In this document: positions 49,801 through 62,020 of the stretch, in pieces
Layout of the letters: each line of letters begins with the position of its first letter
Numbering within the stretch: the first letter of the stretch is position 1
Translations under genes and position numbers: made by a program
The notes under the pieces: generated by a model
Database searches by the model: none
Told to the model about the DNA's origin: nothing
What the model saw: only the letters and a program-made list of their open reading frames with translations
Assembly (NCBI GenBank): GCA_036172245.1
Contig: JAYWIR010000012.1
Span: 4,340,001-4,404,000 of the forward strand
Source of the DNA: Raillietiella orientalis
Taxonomy: Eukaryota
Direction of reading: 5' to 3'
Length of the DNA stretch: 64,000 nucleotides

Positions 49801-52800
49801 ACTATGCGAGCATCCGCGCTGAACACCAGGTCCTTTCGCAGAGCGACAAGTGTACCGATTTTTACGTAGGGCTCCGAGATTATCGGCTAGGAAACAGGCA
49901 TTCGTCACGGAAGAAGATATGGAACAATCACACAGCTGATTGCCGCTCGAAGAAAAAAGCCAGCAAAGTTGAAGGAACGCATCGAACTCTGCGATGCGCT
50001 CCGACCGCTTTGAAAGCGCCGAAGAATGCGCTGAGAGCCGTGGGCTGCGGAGGCTGGTTCTGCTCCGAGTTACGCTGATTTTTACGAACTGAGCTCCCCT
50101 GCCCCTCCCTCCTGTATTTGAATGCTATTTTCTCTTTCGGCGATCTTCACGGAAGTCTTTGCTTTAGACACAACGATGACCGTTGTTATCGTCAATAAAG
50201 ATAGGAGAGCTGTTCTCTCCTGATAACGAAAACATAACGAGTACTAACAAGCAACATAAATTACCGTTTTTTTTCTTGATTTTTTCCATTTGTTCTTCCG
50301 GCAGGGCGCAATCAGGTGAAAAATCTTCAGATCTCTTCTTTAGCTGATAGGCTTCCATCAGGGAGGGAGTTGCCAGAAGGGATGCGAATTCGAAATCGAA
50401 AGAAGACAAACATCTTTCCTGGAGGATTCCAAGAGCCCGCTGAGTCTTCTCCACCATGTTGAGGATGCAAGTCAGCATCTTAGCAGTATGGGATCAGATC
50501 GAGGGGGGAACTCGGGCGGCGAGCGTCCTACCACGTGAATGTTTTTCCACTCTTCTTCCATTTCTTTTCTGAGGGACGTACCGTAGCACATCCACGAACT
50601 CAGCATGGAAATAGGAACGACCTTCTTCGTAACAGGGTAATACTCGTCAGAAGGAAAACTGAAAGGAAAAAGAAAAAATAAAGAGAGAAAGAAGTTTGCG
50701 GTGCAAACGCAGCCACTTGGCAGGTTGTTCTGACGTGCGCGCGCTTGTTTTTTGTTTCCTTGGATTGGATTAGAGGGGCACGAGGTTTTGCACTTTCATC
50801 GCTGCTGGAAGCGACTTGTTTGTTTGTTTGTTTTTGGTTTATCTGTGTGTGTGTGTGTGTGTGTTTTTTTTCTTTTCTTTTTCTTTTCTTTTCTTTCTTT
50901 CTTTTTTTACAAGGCTCGCCATTCTGTGACTTTTTTTTTTTTTTCCTTTGGATGTTCGCTTCGCGGACGTGGTCAGGATGCATCCGTACCAACTACTGTA
51001 AGCACGCCACTCCATACCCTAACCTAGAAGACCGGTTCGGCCCGGGACTTCCTCCCACCTTTCTCCTGGTGTGCTTCGACCAACAGTGGGAACGTATGCC
51101 GCCTTCCTATAGGAACGCTGGCGTTCCTGAGAACGCGGTGATCCGTCGCCTTGCCAGGACGTCCCGGGTCTCCCGCAATCGCTGTGCTACGCGACAAAGT
51201 TCCCCCTAGCGATATAAGTAGCTGTGTAACACGTAGCTGCCTGAATACAAAAACATGTGTATGGTACTTACCGTGAAGCGTCATGCACGAGTAGGCATTC
51301 GCTCACCGTACGCGCATCGTATGTGCATGTGCGCGTGCGCGCGAACATGTGTAAAACACGGACACGAAGAGCAGGAAGTTCGCTCGCATGAAGAGCTTCG
51401 TCGCCACAATAAAATATCTTCGGTTCATGCGACCCCCCCTTTTTTTTTTTTTGTTAGAAGCCGCAGATAGATATCAGTTACCACACATTACATGTATGCA
51501 AGTGCGACTGGGCGTAGCAAGTTCAAGGTGGCCACACAAGGTTGAACTCTCTTTTAGGTGCCTGATCTACAAGAGACACTCTTTTAGGTGCCTTGAGGTG
51601 CGTTCCGTGGCTACATTTTTCGAGACGAAAGTTTCTGCTGAAGGCTTCCTGCAATTAATCGTAGCACCGTGTGTGCGCGTGTGCGCTTCCATGACGAATG
51701 CAACTGGCTGTCACCTAATGACTCCCCTCCATATCTTGCAGGGCTAACTCCATGCAACAACGGATGTTCGTATCTCTTAGAGGCGGAGGGCGTGCATAAC
51801 GAGTCAGCAGCAAGGATGTTCGAATAGCAGAAGCAGCACTGATTACTCGTCTCGCAAGAAAAACCAGTTTCTTGCAAGCACTTTTGTCGAACTTGTTGTT
51901 TTCGCACGCAGCTTGTGTACAAAGTGCAGTACACAGGAAAAAAGAGAACATCCTATGGGGAAGAGAGAGGGAGAGAAAGAGAGAGAGAGGAGGGAGGATC
52001 ATTGTCAAAAGTGAGCGTGCATTAAGCTCCAAACCTTTCGGTGTATTTCCGCTTGCCGTTTTCGCTGGTGGAATTATGAGCCGTAGAAACGCTAGGGGAG
52101 TCAAAAAGGAAGTTGCCGTGGTTGCGTAGGTACTGCTGAGGAGACTGGAAAACGCAAGCACTGTCCGTGGCCTCTGCACCGAACTGAGTGCTCTGTACCT
52201 GTTTGCAGTTCTTTGCCTTGAGCAAAAGTTCGCTGCTCATCCCTGGAACCCTCAGTCTCAGGAAAGACAGGATGAATGGCTTGAAGCAGAATTTGGTAGC
52301 TGTCTGGATCCCTGTCGTGAATTCTTCTAGGTTCAGGGTGCCGCACTGGAAAACAGGAACAGTCAGTCCACGTCAGAGTTCTAAAACACATGCATGAGCG
52401 TGAACCATTTCCCCTGCTGGGGTGAGAGGGATGGTCTGCTCTTTCGCCGGGGGACGACGGAACCAGGCTCGGACTCGTTCGTGGCATTCTGCGTGCGTCC
52501 GAGTATGAGCCCCGACAGGAGGAATTCGGAAGCAGATGCGCGGACGACGACGGCTTCGGAGCCAACTCCATGCAACAGCGGACGTCCGTATCTCTTAGGG
52601 GCGGAGGACGTGCATAACGAGTCAGCAGCAAGCTGTCTGAATAACAGGAGCAGCCACTGATGTATCGAGCTGCAAGAGTTTGCTGCTGCAATCAAGGAGA
52701 TGGACGGCAAGCGGAACGAGAAGCAGCTATCGTGACACCAATATTTATCTTGTTCACCTCGGCAGTTCTTGCACAGCTACGGGCAGCAGCGGGAGTGCGC

Positions 52801-55800
52801 CGTGAGACTTTGCCTCTATCTTGGAAGTCTCGCCAACAGCGCTGCTGCCTGCTGACGCTGAGCAGCGCCTCGAACTAATGACGGCTTACAAACGCGAATG
52901 AGATAAACTCCAACTTTATAAAAGAGAATAAGACTCCAGATGGAGAAATAATGACAAATTTAAGGAAGTGCTGGCAGCTGGCACATGGTGTCATAAAGGC
53001 ACCATTGGCGTCCAAGTATATAAGTAAACGAAAGCTGGCAATAAACCACGTAACGAGCTAATATTAGGAAGAGCAGGTTCGAACTATATTTACGACATCT
53101 ATTAATTTATACACAGTTTACAATTGTTATAACTGTGGAGCTGTTTCGTATTAGTAATGTGCGTGTATATGTATACACACACAAAGCAATACGGAATATG
53201 TCAACCGGGTAGAATCATGGCAGTTGTCTCGTATTCCTCAGGTGGTGTCGAACACATTCAGTTTGCTCTTCCTAATGTTTTGGAGCGTGAAGCTGGAGGT
53301 CAGGGAAACAGACAGACGAAAATCGTCTCAGGGAGTACTCTAAGGAGTACGTCAGAGAACCAGGTCGACAAAAAGGAAGGGGGAAGGAAAGGAGATCAGC
53401 AAATGCGAACTGTGAAGAAAGAAAAGAAAGACAGCAGCTTCCGTGTTGCACCGCGATCCTTGAAGTCACGAGAGAGAGGGAGGAAGAGAATTCTTTCCTA
53501 GGAGAGAGAATTCTTGCAAGAACCTGCTGAGAGCAGGAACGAGGAGGACCAACTTTATTTCCTGGTAAGAGAGAAGGAGTTCACGGTTATCACCCTCGCA
53601 AGGAGTCCCGGCGTGCTGAGCGTATGCATAGCGTCTGAACTTCTCAAGGAGAAGACACGCCGGAAAAGCTATGAGAGAGAACGAATTCAATGAGAAAAAA
53701 ATCAGTAGAAATGGTAACCAATTATGAATGATGGACCGTGAGATTAGGAAAAACGCTCTCTCTCTCGTACTTTTTAAAGAAAAAAAAAAAAAAAAAAAAA
53801 ACGCGCGCGCACAGGCACACTGACACACAAAGTCACCACACTCTGAAAATTGCGCGTCCGAAGAAAAGCACTTCATTTACACAGAGAACAATTGCACACA
53901 CAGTATGAGAGCAGGGAAAATGTACTTTGATGGAAATGCCGGGATTTCACTGCGGTGAAATCCCGGAAGCATCCCATGCCGACAGCGCCAAAAGTCGCGG
54001 TTTCTCTGCTGCTAAAATCATCGTGCACAAGAGAACAAGATTGATGTTTATTCCCTGATCTTTATTTCCCTGATTTATTTTACTTATTGGATTTTGCCTC
54101 ATCCCGGACAGAGACAAAAGCACGCACAAAAGTTCTCAACTCCCGTCCCGGCTTGTGAACTCGATGTACACTCAACAGCCTCATTGGGTGGTAAAGTCTG
54201 TGAGTTTTGGCTGTTCGGCATCCGCAATTCTAAATCCATAAAGCACTCATTCAATTCGAAAACGACTCGTCTCTGAATAAATGCGAGCCGTCTGTAAAAA
54301 AAAGAAAGAGAAAAAAGAAGAAAAAAAGATGCAAATCACAGACAAGACGTGAAACCACCTTGTCATGTACCGCAAACTCGCGGCAGCAGCGCGCGCTTGA
54401 GCACTTGGCGCTCGTTCCATTTTTCCACTACGAGTTTCTACACTTACGAAAGTCCTTCCACTTCGCGTTCCCGCTGGCGGCGGGAAGTGTGCTGCAGCAC
54501 GGAGCATCTGCGTTCCGGAAAACGTGTCCTGCAATCGAAAACGTGTGCACGGGCGTTCCCGATCCGGGGCGCACGGCAAGCAGCCGCAAGGAACATCTCA
54601 GACACGGCTGCAGCACACATTAGCCGCGCACAGAATTCACAAACGGCCTATCCGATCGAGACACCTGCCTCCCCCCCCCCCCTCGTTCTCCCCGCCGGGG
54701 ATCCGCAGCAACAATCAAAAAGTAACAATGGCAATCGATAGGGTTCGCTTGGAAGGTTTAAAAATAGCAGCAGCGGGATCTTCACACTCGGAGACAATTA
54801 CCGCCGGGACGCCTTTTGAGTGCCGCTCAAGCATCGCTCGCGATGTGTGTTTTCGCCATGTGTTCCTGAAGCTTTTTTTTTCCTTTCTTTCCTTTCTTCT
54901 TGCCCCACGAATATAATTTCCGAGCAAGTGCATCTCCTCCCGTTCGTCGAAATGGGATCCGGACCGCCAATCAGTTGTCTTATGAAACTGGTTAGTAATC
55001 GGCTTGGAACATTCTACCGGGCACAGCGAAATCACACGATTAGCCATCCTGCAAGTCCAGGAGTGTACCTGCGAAGCCGTGTGCTCGGCCCCTCGGTCAG
55101 GAATGACGGTCGTCTCCAAAGCAGGAAAAAAAAAAAGGGGGAAGGGGGGGGGGGGGGCAAACAAGAGAAAGATCTCCTACATTCACGCACTCATTAGTTT
55201 CCTCTCGTTGAAAGTTACTGCAGAAACGAATTTCACTGATGCTTTCATGGTAACGATGCGATCCTTGGAGAAGACCGAGCTCCCTCGACTCGACACATGA
55301 CGAGCCTGAATGCTAAGGAATGCATGCGTCTGTCAACTCTGAAATAGTGTCTTTCGTGAAAATCGAATGTGCGAAGAACTGAATGTGTGCCGGCGTACGT
55401 GAATCTCTCATCAAGCTCCAGTAATTCATCCCGGGCCAAAAAGTGCACAGACACCGTTTGCGCAGATGCCACAGGAAAACAGCCATTCACACAGTTCCGC
55501 CAAAGTCTATCAGTTTAAAGTTTCTGTAATCAGATCTTATACGTGTACTCAGCTGGTAGAGACTCCACAGCACCACCGTGCAAGGATCCGGAGCGGGGAA
55601 CCTTAGCTTTTTACGTCTGTGAAAGTACCTCCCCTACGAAAAGGGAAATGGAGCCAAACTTCGCTTTTACGAAACCATGGGTCAGCCAAATAACGGCCTA
55701 GGCACCAAAAAAATAACAACTACACCAACAAACCATGCCTAAGAATTTCCGTTTTGAAATAGAATGGCTTCACGGATCGCAAAAATGCACTTTTTCAAGA

Positions 55801-56163
55801 AAATTAATTCAAGAAAAACCCGTGACAAAACCTGTATCCCCCCACCCCTTCAGCGAAGTAAAGATATACAGTAAAAAAAAAAAAAAAATGATGACCCGCT
55901 TAGCTTGTACAGCTTTACGTATTGCTCGTAAGACTGGATTCTTGGTATGATTCACCAGAGAAAGACACCTTCACTCACTAGAAGTCCAACGATAAGATTT
56001 CTGACACGACTGCCAACATCCGGAGATATTTCCAGTCCATACTGGTAGAGTGTCGTCCAGAAACTTCTTAGTTTGGAAAATTCCCACTCTCCTTGATCTT
56101 CCGCCGCCTCCAAATCGGAAGGTGATATCTCATTTATGGCCATCAAGTGCTCTTTCTTCGGAT
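34733..56163 (-). CDS. CBFA2T1: CBFA2T/ETO/MTG8 (Nervy) family transcriptional co-repressor, multi-exon; 5' end not determined
   Basis: NHR1/TAFH, NHR2, NHR3 and NHR4/MYND found in order on the minus strand with matching splice phases (exons listed below). Confidence 0.92.
42767..42798. repeat. Perfect 32-bp palindrome without spacer
   Basis: gaccatctttaagaaa|tttcttaaagatggtc. Confidence 0.97.
43695..44173 (+). mobile_element. 5'-truncated LINE (copy B) nested in the 3' end of copy A
   Basis: Second, cleaner copy of the C-terminus ([11 protein letters not shown]...[10 protein letters not shown]...RMQRT, stop 43953) with its own UTR and terminal motif 44141-44177; flanked by aatcacagaaa (43684-43694) and aaccacagaaa (44174-44184). 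Confidence 0.75.
47629..47804 (-). CDS. CBFA2T1: Nervy/ETO exon, NHR3
   Basis: [23 protein letters not shown]...[14 protein letters not shown]...NTQRDSTK vs ETO AVNEVKRQAMTELQKAVSEAE...ERAKMER; tttcag acceptor, gtatac donor. Confidence 0.92.
50265..50478 (-). CDS. CBFA2T1: Nervy/ETO exon, NHR2 second half
   Basis: [23 protein letters not shown] vs LLNCIMDMVEKTRRSLTVL; gtaatt donor in phase 1. Confidence 0.93.
50532..50658 (-). CDS. CBFA2T1: Nervy/ETO exon, NHR2 first half
   Basis: Ends [11 protein letters not shown]|gtagga (cf. AEEWKHLDH); strong polypyrimidine-tttcag acceptor. Confidence 0.85.
50844..50863. repeat. (TG)n microsatellite
   Basis: About ten TG units, read directly. Confidence 0.9.
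51059..51186 (-). CDS. Tentative Nervy linker exon
   Basis: Open frame between cgtag and AG|gtggga that supplies the phase-2 end needed by the next exon; no recognisable motif, and its phase-0 start requires a different donor for the upstream exon. Confidence 0.3.
51715..51911 (-). CDS. CBFA2T1: Nervy/ETO exon after NHR1 (donor position uncertain)
   Basis: Phase-2 entry gives ...[13 protein letters not shown], cf. ETO RPCTISPGQRYS. Confidence 0.65.
52035..52144 (-). CDS. CBFA2T1: Nervy/ETO exon, end of NHR1
   Basis: [15 protein letters not shown]...SENGKRK vs NPAQYLAQHEQLLLD...NENGKRR. Confidence 0.9.
52199..52345 (-). CDS. CBFA2T1: Nervy/ETO exon, NHR1/TAFH middle
   Basis: [49 protein letters not shown] vs [48 protein letters not shown]; ttccag/gtacag. 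Confidence 0.93.
52561..52677 (-). pseudogene. Decayed duplicate of part of the Nervy exon at 51743-51859
   Basis: About 70-bp core with 6 transitions, plus about 45 bp that align with indels. Confidence 0.8.
53939..53966. repeat. Perfect hairpin, 12-bp stem, 4-nt loop, intronic
   Basis: ccgggatttcac [tgcg] gtgaaatcccgg. Confidence 0.9.
55979..56163 (-). CDS. CBFA2T1: Nervy/ETO exon, NHR1/TAFH start
   Basis: [34 protein letters not shown]|gtgagt vs [34 protein letters not shown]; acceptor cacag (or ATG at 56143). Confidence 0.93.
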
Positions 56164-56349
56164 CTGTGGATACAGAAGGCAGATCAGTGATTCAGCGATT
56201 TTCTAACCAGAAATGGACATGGGAGGATGGGGAGGACGCGTAGAGAGACGCACGCCGAGCGAACAGGTTAGCTGCTGCAAAGCTTCCAGCTACTTGCGAG
56301 TCTCAACTAACTAATGCTTTAGCTGCTGCAAGGCATGTTTCTGTTTCCG

Positions 56350-59000
56350 TGAGTACAACTAGATCGTTCAATTCACGCTGTATCTTCACAAAGACATACG
56401 GGGCGGGACGGAGAAAAGGACCTTCCAGCTATTCCTCCGATATCTACGCCTTCTTTCTATTGTTCCGAAAATTCGCGATCGAACGCTTCTTGCGGCAGCA
56501 GAAGCACCAAAACAGCAGGCAGACGCACGCCTTGGACACAGGCAGTGGTGGTATGCGAAAACGCGTCCTTATAGCACTGCCGTGCCTCCCTGGCATCATC
56601 ACCACCGCTGTCTCTCTGGCCGTCGCGAAGAGCATCTGCCAATACACGGCTGAGCTGGCGCTCTGGAAGAGCACTACGTAGGCTGCTGCTGCCGCCATGC
56701 CCGATTCTTCGTGTGCACCTATCGTCTACGACCACGCCCATTACGCTACGTGCAACCGGCGGTCAGGAAAAGAGAACAAAGGTCCGCCCTGTCCTCCTCC
56801 TCCACGTTTGGGAGCGGCACGCAACGCACCAGTTCAGCACCGGACCGTAGGTAAAGAATCACTGGTGGGATAAAGCGCCTAGCATCGAACAGGAAGAGGG
56901 AGGGGAGTGGCTGCATGCCGGCAATCCTCTTCGACCCATCCTCCCATATCCACCCAGTCTTTCAACGTCGGCACCTGAAGCGGCAGGGCTGCCAGATCTG
57001 GCAGGGATCCGCACTACGACAAAGGTGAGGTCGAAGGTGGGAGGAGAACGCGCGGAGGCGGGGCGGAACGAAGATCCTCCCATACTCCGCGAACAAACTA
57101 GTGCTCTTCTGAAGCGGCCCTGGTCGATCTTCATCCGAAAGGACTGCTCTCAGCTTCGGTTCTGGGAATCGTGGAGGGGACGGCGGACGGCACAGAAACG
57201 TTCCCAAGAAGTAGAATAACCAAAAACAGTGCTGACGCCAGGATCAACGTTCCCACGGGAAGAGGCCGACACACGACCACAATTCTCCTCAGCGCCCGGA
57301 TCGCCTCCAATAAACTCCGGTGTTAATGGGAACCCCCTGCGTCCAAGTTCCAGGGGCAGGGGCAAAGACAGTGGCCAGATTCCGTGGCGACAACGGAAAC
57401 GCAACCCTGATCCATATGGTCAGCGGGGGAGGGGGGGAGAAAGAGACCTCCAAGGAGAAGGCGCCACCATCAGCATCATTTCTCTGGAAGGTGTGCTTGA
57501 CCCCGCTGTCACCCTTTCCTCCTCTCTCCCGGCCGATCGTCCTTTCCCAGATCGGTGGCCCGCAAGGACCACCAATCGGTGCCCAAAGGGATTCGGTGGC
57601 CCGCAAGGACCACCAATCGGTGCCCAAAGGGATCCAGCAAGGAGAAAATGGACTCACTTCAAACAACCCAAAGAAGATCTGTGGCCCCCTAAAGTCCCAC
57701 TTTCTCGAAGAATGGGATGCCGGCAGCTGGCCAGAATTTCTGCCGGAGGCCAACGATCAAGAAGTTTCAGCACCGGGATGTCTGACATGTCCAGGAGAAC
57801 ATTCCCACAATTCGCTCTCTCCGATCTCTGCACCCACCAACGAGTGAGTCACCACTCTTTCCAGAGTTCAGCAGTATGGAAATTTCCTCCTGGTACCAGA
57901 AGGAAAAAAAACGGGCACAGCGAGGAAGGGAACCTCAACGCAGGGACGTCTTGGCCGTCATGGGGAGGCCGTCAATCAGCGTCTGCGCAAACTACGGCCT
58001 GCAGTACTAGAAGCTTTGGTTCGCTCCGGCAGGAAAGCCGTCGACAGCGTAAGGAGGGGACGGGGGAGAACTCGCCAGGAACACAGGGCAAAGGGACCGC
58101 TGGGGAGAAGCGAAGGAGGCGCGGGAGACCTTTTGAGAAAGCAGAGAGCCGAGCTCCCTCAAAGGGCGTGGGTCCGGGTCTCCCTCAACCTAAAGCGGAG
58201 GGGTGCGCGCGCACCGTCCAAAGGAGAGGTTCGCAGGAAACGAGAAGCTCCCGGGAGCTGTCAAGCAGGGAGAAGCCAGGGAGGCGGCCATCCCACCCTG
58301 GTAGTTCACTAGCTCCCCTCGGGCAGTTCCTGGCGTGCAGTCTGCGCAAGATGCTGACTTCTTCCCTCCATCCCCCAAGACGATCCAGAGGAACTCACCA
58401 GCAGAGCCGGCCAATCACCCTGCAGGAAGGGAAAAAAGAGGGGCGGGAACTCGCTCGTTTTCCTCCTCCACCCAGCAACGGAACCGCCACGAGCAACTCT
58501 TGGAAGCCCCACTGCCGTTCAGACGCGGCTGCAGAGAGAGGGAGGCGAAACGGAAGCTGATAGCAAGAAGAGGGAAAAGCAGCCCCGAATGAAGAGAAGA
58601 AATCGGGAGTCTTCTCGAATTCCCGTTATGCAGAGCCGAGCCCCGCTCCAGTGTCATGAAAAGCTTCCGAACAAGTGGGGGAGCACCAAGAAAACTCCGA
58701 AGGCTGAAGGTCAGCGCCAGGCAGTCGCCCAGTGATCGGGAAAGAGGCTCCCCCCGGGACTCACCGAAGCTTGATGCGGGGCTCGTAAGACTCGGAAGGG
58801 AGGGGGGAGGGGAGAACCGCGAATGGGGAAGGGAAAGAATGGGACAACATGGTTGGTGGGTTCGCTGGAAAGTGGAGAAGAGCAAGAAAGCGAGCGATGG
58901 TTGCAAGAACTCGAGGCAGCCGGGGGAAGTCCCAAACCTGGAGATGCCGAGAAGACGCGCAATAATAGGAGGCCCATAGCTTCAGCAGCCTTGCGATCCG
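56350..59000 (+). mobile_element. Decayed LINE ORF2 (APE endonuclease end through RT/thumb)
   Basis: TTAVSLAV...LWKST (cf. DHxAVxL...WKLN), HWWDKA, NNPKKIC...SHF, GAVKQGE, LAPLGQFLACSLRK, PGEVPNLE in canonical order. Confidence 0.5.
57552..57633. repeat. Perfect tandem duplication, 2 x 41 bp
   Basis: tcggtggcccgcaaggaccaccaatcggtgcccaaagggat twice. Confidence 0.97.
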
Positions 59001-61449
59001 CAGGAAGGTCACTCGGAGAAGGCGAGTCGTGCTTGCTCGGAAAACTGCCGGATCGACTTTTGCCCGCTTCCCTCCAAATTCCTGCAGTCCTCAGCAAAAG
59101 CTGCAGGGAGAACAAACGACCTTCCCACCAGGAAACTGCAAGTTGAGCTGGAACGTGGTTGACTTTTGCGTCAAGGTTCCCGAGACCTCAATGCAGTCGC
59201 CAACGGTAGCTGGCAATAAAGCCGGGCAAAGTAAGCATCCGGTAAAAAGTACCGTCGTTGTCGAAGGGAGCGTCTCAGTTTCGAATTAATGAGATGGGGA
59301 AGGTGGGGAAGACAGCGGGAAGTGGAGAAGGATGAGGAGGCTGGAAGGGGAAGGAGGAGAGGCGTTCTGTTCGACTGGGTCAAGAGAGGCCGAAGTTTCG
59401 ATTAGAGGGCAAGAGTTCCTCTCAAATACCAAAAAAAAGGGGGGGGGGGGGCAGGACGGGGGAGAGAGGATAGCGAAACTTTTCCGTTCTGAAGGGATTG
59501 ACAGATGCTGCGAGAACAAAAAACAGGGAGGCCATGAGATAGCAGTCCTGTCCTTCATCGCCATCTCAGCTAAAAGAAGAACAAGAAACCACCACCTTCC
59601 CTCAAGATGGGGATCCTCGCCGATCCACCATGACCTCTCAGCTCCTCCGTTCCTGCCCACCCCCAGGCCGATCTAGAACCTCCAGATGCTCTGCCGTCGC
59701 CGAACTCGATGACGGCAGAGAGAGTGGGAGAGAGGAAGGGACGCTTTCCCTCCCTCCGGTCAGTCACCTCGGCGCCGGAAAACGAAGAGCCGGTTCTACG
59801 TTTTCCAGCGTCCAGGGAAAATGTAGCTCCACGCGCACCCTCTCTGCGCCATTCAACGTCCGCCAGGGATCTCGGCGGCGTATGGTGTTGACGCCTTTGA
59901 AAAGAAGGAACGGGAACGTCTGGGAGCGCCGCTGACGTCGCGGATGCACCGCACGCTCTGACGTTTCCACTTCCTTGCCAGGGAGTCGCCGGAGACATCA
60001 AACGGATGCTTGAGAATCCACCGAGGAACCCGCGTGCGAGAGAGCAGGGACAGTCCTCTCCGGGGGGAGACAACCTCGCATCCCCTTTCCCTCTCGGTTT
60101 CAAGTCCGCAGCGCTCCGAAAACACAGAAACTAGGGGACGCCGCTGCCGAAGAACCTGCGCCGCCATCACCGCACCACGGGATGGTTGGCGGTGAAAGGG
60201 TAGGGGTGCCCCCGGTCGAGGAGGCAAAACCTTTCCAGAAGGAGGGGGAGGGGAGGGGAGACCAGTACCTTTCGTTTAGGCAACTCTTGCGTGACGTCAG
60301 CGCCGCCGCTGGCACTCCCGAGCAGCCCCAGTGACCGGTTTTTTGCTTTCGTCTTCGATTGCGTTTGGGGATCGCGCGCAAGGGAGGGAGGCGAAGCGAG
60401 CTGTCTACATTCTGGCGTCCTTCCCGAAGCCGCAGTGGAGGATTAGAAAGAACGGCCCTGCCGCAATGACCTCCTTTCCTCTTCTTTAGCGTTCTCTCCC
60501 TCGGCTCGCGCCTCCTTGAAGGCCCGTGGGGGGGGGGGGGGGGGGGTGCACGCGGGATGTTCCGTTCTGTAGGATGCGCCCTGCAGCCTGTTGCCCGAGA
60601 AGTGTCCCTCCTGCTCCAATACGCCGCGCTCCCCCTCCAGAGAGACCTCAAAAGCTCCGAAGGAAAGGGCAGCTAGACCGGCTTTTGCATGACACCCTTG
60701 TTTGCTGCGCATCGATGCTTCCCACCCCAAATGGCCTTCTCCCCCCCCCCCCCGAACCGTTTTCCTACCGCTCGTTCCACGGCTGGATCGGTTGGGAAGG
60801 GAGGGAGAGGGAGAAGCGTTAATTCTCCTACAGTCTCCCGGGAATGCGAGCCACCAGGACGCTGGGTTCGACGAGAAGACCTGCAGGATAAGGTCATCAC
60901 CGGCGCCGTGCTTCCAGCGAGAGGAAGAGTTCCCGTCGGCACCCCGGCGGTGGCGCTTGCCTCCCTGGATCCGGTCCGTGCTGAGGTCTCAGTCCGGTCG
61001 TCCTGTCTCCGGGAGACGGAGGAAGGACTTCCAGTCCTTTCCTTCTCCCTCCCCAGCAATCCGACAACGACGACCCACACAGAGAGCGGTGTCTCGGTTC
61101 TGAGGGTCACGCGGAGTCCAGCTGGCATCAGAGGCCTACTTCGGGCTGAGGCTGCTCAGAACGGACGGGACGAGGAAAGCTGGAGGAGCAAGGAGAGAAG
61201 GAAGGAAGGGACAGGAATGGGGAAAATCTGAGAGGCTGAAATCCCCTCTTCCTTCTGCTCTCGTCTTCGGTGGGAAAACCGTCGAGTCCGTTGCCCACAG
61301 GATCCGCTCGAAAGGGAGGGGAACATGGGGGAAGAGGGAGAGAGAGAGAGAGAAAGGCTGAGCAACGTGCTTGAAGTCTCTCGCGCTTTCCAAAAAAACG
61401 GCCAGGGTCCGGCGGAGCTTCGTCCGACGTGCTCTCCCCGAAGCACTCG

Positions 61450-62020
61450 AAGCGGTGCCGCGCCACTCACGGAGGAAGGTTCAGTCCCTCGGAAATTCGA
61501 CCCCACTGGAGCGAAGCTCTCCCTGGAGCGTGCACGACCAGACGTGCAGATCCATAAAATCCATCGATAGTAATCGATGCCCTGGTGCAAATCACGTACG
61601 CAATGAATGCAGTTATCATGTTGGGTGGCAGGGTAGATGGATACCTTGACATTAGTGGTGTCCTCACCGAACTCTAGATGTCTCGTTCTCTCAAAAGCCC
61701 TGCAGCTCGGTCTGATGTCTGTGGGGTGAAGGGGAGAGTGAGGGGCGGGATGGGGGTGGTCAGTCACGAACCAGGGGTCGAACCGTGCTCTCATCGTTCT
61801 TTCCCCCTCCCCCTCTTCACCCCATCCCACCGGTCAGACCAGAGCGACCTCTCGTTCCGTCTGGAAAGAAAGAGCTGCCGCTCCCCTCACGACACGGCAC
61901 GCGCTACCCTATCGCCCTCCTGGTCGCCGGGTCGTCAGTCCCATCGAGCCTGCTCTGCCACGTCGCTTCTCGCACGCAAGAAGGGGAGGTTAGTGAGGAA
62001 ACGAGGATGCTGAGAGAGGA
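61450..62020 (+). mobile_element. Decayed LINE RT N-terminal fragment
   Basis: SIKSIDSNRCPGANHVRNECSYHVGW (cf. AIKSxxxNKSPGxDGxxxEFYxxxW), then RYPIALL...EVSEET (cf. YRPIALL...ISEEQ). Confidence 0.5.

Noticed and set aside
51549..51593. 15-bp direct repeat ctcttttaggtgcct with 30-bp period
   Set aside because: Real but only two copies; most simply a small intronic duplication.
51746..51799. Plus-strand ...VSLRGGGRA* in both duplicated segments as a ubiquitin-like C-terminus
   Set aside because: Antisense to a Nervy exon, with no ubiquitin-fold sequence upstream.
57552..57633. CRISPR-like repeats
   Set aside because: Two abutting copies with no spacer, eukaryotic context, no cas genes.
57229..58560. 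443-aa ORF as an intact gene
   Set aside because: LINE motifs are spread across different frames; this is a chance open frame through a decayed element.
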